Below are positions 58,091-64,000 of a stretch of DNA of 64,000 nt, in pieces. The position numbers and the translations under genes were made by a program. The DNA lies in NCBI GenBank assembly GCA_009914755.4, contig CP068257.2, positions 39,104,001 through 39,168,000 of the forward strand, written 5' to 3'. Under the pieces are notes generated by a model. The model was not told the origin of the DNA and did no database searches. It saw only the letters and a list, made by a program, of their open reading frames with translations. Within the stretch, counting starts at the first letter, position 1. The number at the start of each line of letters is the position of its first letter. Origin of the DNA: the human T2T-CHM13v2.0 reference genome, Homo sapiens.

Positions 58091-59410
58091 AACACATTTC
58101 AGCAAAGTGCCTACAAGCCAAGGTAAGTAAGCAAAAGAAAGCACAGGCCCCTGATTTTCCCTCTGATGCCATAGAAAGGCATTTGGGCCAAGACACTGTG
58201 GTGGGCAGGCAGTGTGGCTGTGAATTCTAGGGGAAGTTCCCCTCTGCTAGGCTGCCTGCCCTTTAAACAAGGCAAGTGTGAGAGCAATCTTGTAAGTAAG
58301 GGAATAATCCAGCTACCGGGGCACCAGGCAGGATGAATTTAGATGTCAGCTGTTTGAAGCAACTGTTTGGAAAGTCCAGATCCCCAGAATACGGAAGCCT
58401 TGAAGACACAGTAGAAGCTGGGTTCAGATGCATCCCCCCTACCCTGAAAAAGGAAGATATTGGTCCCATGGGAAGCTGAAATTGGGTTGAGGCTTCCCCA
58501 CTGGGAACAAGGGGAAGTGCTAGCTGAGATGCTGTCCAACAACCAGAAGGGAGCTTCCAGAGCACTTTAAGACAACAGTGCTTTGCACACCACATCATAC
58601 AGGACAGGCGGCCTGTGACTTAGTTACTATGAGAGTTCTGCCCTAAGACCAATCTTTTTTCTCTCTCTCTGAGATTTTAATAAAAGATGTAGAGTGAAAG
58701 AGCATAGAAGTGATAGAGGGGAAGAACAAGCATAATTCATAGTGGAAAGTGATGTGAGAGAGACATAGACAGAGGCTGGTGTGCTGGGAATCAAACTGAG
58801 TGAAGTTAATGGTCAGGTGAAGCTCCGTGGGTTGTACATGAAGGAGCAATGGAACAGCATGGGCTCCAGACTGCCTGGGAGCTCAAACAGCCTTCCAGGC
58901 TCCACTTTCGGAAAGGTACACATGAGTGACAGTTCCTTTCCTTCTTTGTTGCCTGGCCATGTGGTTGATGATCCTAGCATCTTCGTTTCTAAATGTGTCT
59001 CATAACCTGCAGAGACATGAGTCAGTCTTATTCCAGTTCATCTAAATGAACCAACAAAATGTCTCATAAAAATATGAAGATAAAATTAATCTGAATATGT
59101 GAAACTATATTAAAAAGCCTAAAGTTCTGTACAAATGGAACACATTATTAGACATAAATAAGTCATGTTCATACTGGAAGCCACATTCATCATCACTTAG
59201 TTCTATCACTTACTTCATCATCACTTACTTCTATCTCGGTGAGTCTGAGATTCAGCTTAAACATCTTACCATGATCATGGAACAGATTCAACAAAGATCT
59301 CCTGAATATCCTCAAAAAATAGCATAAGATAAACCATCCAAGGTCCTTTACTGCTATTATTCATCTCTCATTCAGTTATGCATTCATTCACTACATGGAG
59401 ACTAAGGAAT

Positions 59411-59488
59411 GAAAATGAGCAAAATTATTATGTAATAATTATATAACATATAATTATAATTTTTACAAAATAATTTTGCTCATTTTCA
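59411..59488. repeat. AT-rich near-perfect palindrome (19-bp arms, AT-only loop of about 40 bp that is itself palindromic)
   Basis: gaaaatgagcaaaattatt (59411-59429) and aataattttgctcattttc (59470-59488) are exact reverse complements. The loop is atgtaataattatataacatataattataatttttacaa. Confidence 0.9.
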
Positions 59489-59514
59489 AACCCAATCTGA
59501 CCCCTTGTTGGGTT

Positions 59515-59665
59515 TGTATCATAATCCCAAAAGACACAATCACAAATGCCATGATCCCAAAAATTGAAATCCTGAAAGATTGAAATCCCTAAAGACCAAA
59601 AATCTCAAAGTTCAAATCCCTAAAGCCTAAAATCCCTAATATCTAAAATCTTGAAAATCACTATC
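59515..59665. repeat. Left arm of an inverted repeat of about 150 bp (partner at 60700-60838), built from tandem aaatccctaaag-type subrepeats
   Basis: tatcataatcccaaaagacacaatcac...gaaatcctgaaagattgaaatccctaaagaccaaaaatctcaaagttcaaatccctaaagcctaaaatccctaatatctaaaatcttgaaaatcact. The reverse complement of 60700-60838 (gatcataatcctgaaagacacagtacc...gaaatcctagaaagtcaaaatttgcaaagtctaaaatcctgaaaataaca...) aligns at about 75-80%. Confidence 0.55.
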
Positions 59666-59699
59666 AGAAAATAGTTGCATCATGTTAGGCAGATCTAGC

Positions 59700-60260
59700 C
59701 ATCTTGTTATTAAGCATGGTTTAAGGCGAGGAATATGGGTGCCAAGTTACCCACGTTGACCAGTAGTGACTTAATGTGGTCACCAGTGGACTTAATGTTA
59801 GGTGTTAACTTGATTAAGAACTGAAGGAATACCTAGAAACCTGGTAAAGTATTATTTTGAGTGTGTCTGTGAGGGTATTTCCAGAAGAGGTTACCGTATG
59901 AATCTGGGTGGACTAAGTGAGGAAGATTTGCCTTCCATGTTGTCAGGTGCACCATCCAATTCGCTGGGCACCAGGAAAGAACAAATACAGAAGGCAAATT
60001 GGAAAAAGCTGTCAGCAACAAAAGCTTACAACGGATTCTGAGGCACAGATCCCTCTCTCTGAGAGCTGGGACAGATGTTTCTTCTGCTGCCTTGGACATC
60101 AGAACTCTAGGTTCGCCAACCTTTGGACTCTAGGAACTTACACCAGCAGCTCCCAGGATCCTGAGGTTTTCAACCTTGGACTGAGAGACACATCGTCGGC
60201 ATCCCTGGTTCTCAAAGTATAAACATTGGAACTTCCTCAATAAATGAAGAGATGTCCTTT
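59700..60260 (+). mobile_element. ERVL-MaLR LTR (MLT1-like), lying between the inverted-repeat arms
   Basis: gacttaatgttaggtgttaacttgattaagaactgaaggaatacctagaaacctggtaaagtattattttgagtgtgtctgtgagggtatttccagaagaggttaccgtatgaatctgggtggactaagtgaggaagatttgcc...caggtgcaccatccaattcgctggg...ctgagagctgggacagatgtttcttctgctgccttggacatcagaactctaggttcgccaacctttggactctaggaacttacaccagcagctcccagg. This matches the MLT1 pattern ggttaatgtgtcaacttggctggg...ggtaaaacattatttctgggtgtgtctgtgagggtgtttccagaagagattagcatttgaatc...gggtgggcatcatccaatc...gagctgggacatc...ttggacatcagagctcctggttctc. Confidence 0.6.
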
Positions 60261-60699
60261 TTGTACATTTGTATCTGTGAAAGATGCAATTTCTGGAGAT
60301 CTTGGTTCTTTGGGCGATTGCAAATGCGGTGGCGAACCTTTGCAGTTTTGATTGACTCGTCAAAAGACTAAGGTTGTTCATCATGGTATTTCAGACGACT
60401 GTAGTTAGAAAGCTGGGTGCACACAATAACCAACCATAGTGATGTGAATTTATACATTTCCCTTTTTAGCCTGTTTCTTTATGAATATGTGCTGTCTGTT
60501 CCTAACTGTTATGCTCATGTGACTATCATTAGTATACCTGAGTGTTTATGCTTGCAAAAATATTTATGTTATTATTGCTTATTTTATTGTGTAAAGTGGC
60601 CTATCATGTTTCTCGATGATGTTTTTATGTTTTTCCAATAAATCCCCCTTTAAAAATATAAATAAATACCTCTAATATAATTTTTTATATTATTTCTTC

Positions 60700-60838
60700 C
60701 AGAATTATAATTTGGGGATTTGATCTTTCAGTGTTGTTATTTTCAGGATTTTAGACTTTGCAAATTTTGACTTTCTAGGATTTCAACATTCAAGATTATG
60801 GTGTTCTAGGTACTGTGTCTTTCAGGATTATGATCAGC
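60700..60838. repeat. Right arm of the inverted repeat (partner of 59515-59665)
   Basis: See the left-arm entry. attttcaggattttagactttgcaaattttgactttctaggatttcaacattcaagattatggtgttctaggtactgtgtctttcaggattatgatc. Confidence 0.55.
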
Positions 60839-61454
60839 TGCCCACTTCTATTTGCGGATGAGACAGATTTAATCAAATAGTCATAGAAATGAAAGAAAAA
60901 TCACAACTTTGATAAGTACTACAAAGAAGATCTCTGATGCTCTGAGATAATACAAGAGGGTAAATTGATCTATTAGGAGGTTGCAGTTGTGGAGCAGGGG
61001 TTGTGAGGGCCAGAGGAAGGAGAAAGGCCCTGCAGACAGAGAGCATATGATGTGTGCACATCCCTTAGACAGGAGGAGTCATTGTGGACTAGCAGAAGAG
61101 AAAAGAGCACAGAAAGCCAGATGGAGCATGATTTAAGGTGAAGGTGGAAATTCTCTGGGGAGAAGGCTGTTCAGGGCCTTGGGGACCAACGTAAGGATCC
61201 TGGTCTTTGTTCTATGAGCAATGGGCAGCAAGGAGCATATTTCAAGCAAGAGATTAATATAATGAGAGTGTTCTTCTTAAAAAATTACATGTGGCTTTTA
61301 ATTCAAGATGGTAGAATGAGCTATTGATATTCCCTTTAAGCTTCCTTAAAATAAGAGTAATGAGCTAAGAAAAGAGGGAAAATCATTATGGCAAAGAAAA
61401 CAGGAAAAGCTGTCAGCAACCAAAAGATGTCAGCAGATTCTGAAGCACCGATCT

Positions 61455-61820
61455 CTCTCACTATATCTTAGTCTGCTGGACTGCTTTCACAAAAATACCA
61501 TAGACTGGATGACTTATAAACAACATGTATTTCTCACAGTTCTGGAGGCCAAGAAGTCTAAGATCAAGGCACTGGCAGGTTCAGTGTCTGGTGAGGGTTC
61601 ATTGCTCATAGTTGGCGCCTTCATGCTGTGTCCCTAGATGATGGAAGGGGCCAATGAGCTCCCTTGGGCTTCTTTTATAAGGGCTCGAATTCCACTGATG
61701 AGAGCTCCACACTTATGACCTAATCACCTCTCAAAGACTGCACCTTTTACTACCATCACATTGGGGATTAGGTTACAACATATAAATTTGGTGGGAGCCG
61801 AAAACCTTCAGACAACAGCA
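61455..61820 (-). mobile_element. Solitary ERVL-MaLR LTR (MLT1-like), preceded at 61385-61454 by a short fragment of the same family as 59990-60070
   Basis: tatatcttagtctgctggactgctttcacaaaaataccatagactggatgacttataaacaacatgtatttctcacagttctggaggccaagaagtctaagatcaagg...cttcttttataagggctcgaattccactgatgagagctccacacttatgacctaatcacctctcaaagactgcaccttttactaccatcacattggggattaggttacaacatataaatttggtggg. Confidence 0.5.
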
Positions 61821-62039
61821 CATCATAAAGCAACAAAGACTATTCCATAACCCTTGCCCACTTATATAAGTTTCCTTCCTATCTGCTCAATCTTTAATAT
61901 AAATGGAAATCAACAGCCATCAGATATTCAAGGAATGCTTGCATCATGAAGGAGGAAGACCAAGGCAACAAATATAAAAATACAAACGTTGGATGAAACA
62001 CAATTCAGAAAACGGGAGAAAACGAAAATAATCATCATC

Positions 62040-63205
62040 ATCATCATTAAGAATTCCAGGAGATAATCTATTTGTAAGACAAAAATAGAATTGTGATGAA
62101 GAATGTGAAAGAGACACTAAGATAAATAAAATACAGAATGAGAAGACTAAATAGATAACTAACTGGAATCTCAGGAATATAAAAGAAAATCATTAAAAAG
62201 ATACAATTTTTAGAACTATCAGAAAATATGTATTAAAAATCCCAAAAGTACAATATACTGAGATAAATAAAATCAGAATATATAAAAAGAAATTTGTGTC
62301 CAAACACACTTTGACAAAATTACAGAACATCAAAAACAAAGAGGAGATCTTAAATGAAGCCATAGAGCAAGGACAAACAGCCTACAAAAAGGAAACAATT
62401 TAAATGACTTCAGACTTTCCAACAGCACTAATGAAAGCTAGAAGATAATGATATTTTACCTCCAAAGTACAAAGGGAAAATATATAGTCAGTACAGAATT
62501 GTGTGCCCAGCCAAATACTCTTTTATGAAAAAGATAAAACAAGGATGGGTAAAGATAACAAAAACTGAGAGGGTATGCCACAAAGAAACCTGAAATAAAG
62601 AAAATTCTAAAGGATATGCTTCAAGAAAAAGGAACACGACCTTAAAAAGATGGTTTGGGATCCAAGTAAGAATGAACAAATGAAATTATAAAACAGTAAG
62701 CAAATCCAAAGAAATAACATCTGAATAAGCTAATAATAAAATAATACCTAGTATCTGGGTTAAAAAAAAATAAATATATAGAAGTAGAGAAAACAACAGG
62801 AGCATGTAAGTTTTGTTTGATTGTTTCTTTGTTTTTGAGACGGAGTCCTGCTCTGTCACCCAGCCACCGTGCCTGGCCCAGAAGCATGTAGGTTTTGAGG
62901 TGAGTGTTCAGAATCAAAATGCTCCAAAACCTGCTGTTGTTTTCTGTTTGCTTTTCATGGAAGAAGGTGCTTAGGTTATTGCTTAATTGCAGACTTTTGC
63001 TAATTTAAATGTACATGGTAAATTTCCAAGGTAACATCTAAATAAATGGAAATAGAATATATACATTCTAAGTAAGTACAGTAAAAGTAAAAAAGAAAAA
63101 CTTATTAAACAAAGAAAGAAGGATGTATAAGGATGATAAAGTGTGACAAATAGAAGTCAAAAGTAAGGTGTGAAAAGAAGTTCAGTATATCAAAAATCAT
63201 AAAGA
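62040..63205 (+). mobile_element. Ancient L1 (L1M/HAL1-like) fragment spanning the ORF1 C-terminal region to the ORF2 start, interrupted by a deleted Alu
   Basis: gaagccatagagcaaggacaaacagcctacaaaaaggaaacaatttaaatgacttcagactttccaacagcactaatgaaagctagaagataatgatattttacctccaaagtacaaagggaaaatatatagtcagtacagaattgtgtgcccagccaaatactcttttatgaaaaagataaaacaaggatgg parallels L1 ORF1 RRQWADIFKILKEKNFQPRILYPAKLSF. Confidence 0.6.
62816..62880 (-). mobile_element. Alu remnant with a large internal deletion (only the two termini kept) still flanked by a 15-bp duplication
   Basis: T-rich tail tttgattgtttctttgttttt plus the antisense Alu 3' end gagacggagtcctgctctgtcacccag, joined directly to the antisense Alu 5' end ccaccgtgcctggccc. 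Duplication agcatgtaagttttg (62801-62815) and agcatgtaggttttg (62883-62897). Confidence 0.75.
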
Positions 63206-63209
63206 ATGT

Positions 63210-63540
<331 letters not shown>

Positions 63541-64000
63541 CTAAACTTGTGTTTGAATAATCCTGCCCATGGAAGGGCTCAGAAAAGATGGAATAGCTAA
63601 CTATTGTTTTCTACTATATTAGACTTTTGACTTTTTAACCTTGATCATTTTGGTGTATTTTTAAAAATGGGAATGAAAGGTATTTTGGGCTGAAGTATGA
63701 AAGAAGGAGAGTAGAGAGAGGCAAGACGGGCTATTAGGATGTTATTACCATAGCCTGACTGACTGATGATAAACACACTTAAACTTTTTAAAAACTTCCT
63801 CAATCATTTCATGGAATGGATTCTGACGAAGAGAAATTTTGGTTCAGACGTCAGTATTAATTTTTAATATGTATTGCCAAATTTATCTGAAGGAAGTTTA
63901 TACCCTTCAATGCTGTTACACATTTATAACATTTTCTTGTAAAAGTACTCATTGCATGCGTATCAAATTCAGGCACTATTCCAGTTTACAATAGGGAATA

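Noticed and set aside
59540-59660. Short tandem subrepeats of about 12-14 bp (aaatccctaaag...) that superficially resemble a spacer and repeat array
   Set aside because: The context is eukaryotic. The repeats are irregular and directly abutting, with no unique spacers of constant length. They are mirrored by an inverted copy 1 kb away, which fits transposon subterminal repeats or a minisatellite. This is not a CRISPR array.

Overview
This window is primate, almost certainly human, nuclear genomic DNA and not a prokaryotic locus. The evidence is at least 15 Alu SINEs (several with intact target-site duplications), a 5'-truncated L1PA-type LINE, several ancient L1M and L2 LINE fragments, MIR SINEs, many solitary ERVL-MaLR-type LTRs (THE1/MST/MLT-like), hAT-type DNA-transposon fossils and simple-sequence repeats. 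Together these cover well over half of the 64 kb. The sequence is AT-rich with little CpG outside the repeats, which is typical of a gene-poor, L1-rich isochore that is intronic or intergenic. I find no credible protein-coding gene and no tRNA, rRNA, CRISPR array or operon-like system. The longest ORFs in the supplied six-frame track are 150 to 209 aa. They are either decayed L1 ORF2 reading frames or run through Alu or other repeats, so the ORF track does not describe genes here. I cannot exclude a short exon of a human gene without spliced-transcript or conservation data, but nothing in the sequence looks exon-like. The hunt findings are therefore structural and evolutionary. They are a young-looking 5'-truncated Alu with a perfect 15-bp target-site duplication, an Alu reduced to its two termini but still inside its duplication, an Alu carrying a G-rich instead of poly-A tail, two small tandem duplications about 1.2 kb apart, two long inverted-repeat or palindromic structures of the DNA-transposon type, nested insertions that give a relative chronology, a near-full-length ancient L1 with a tandem-repeat 5'UTR, and a few CpG-retaining unique segments that could be regulatory. 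All coordinates are hand-counted and may be off by a few bases. Repeat subfamily names are from memory of consensus sequences and were not computed.
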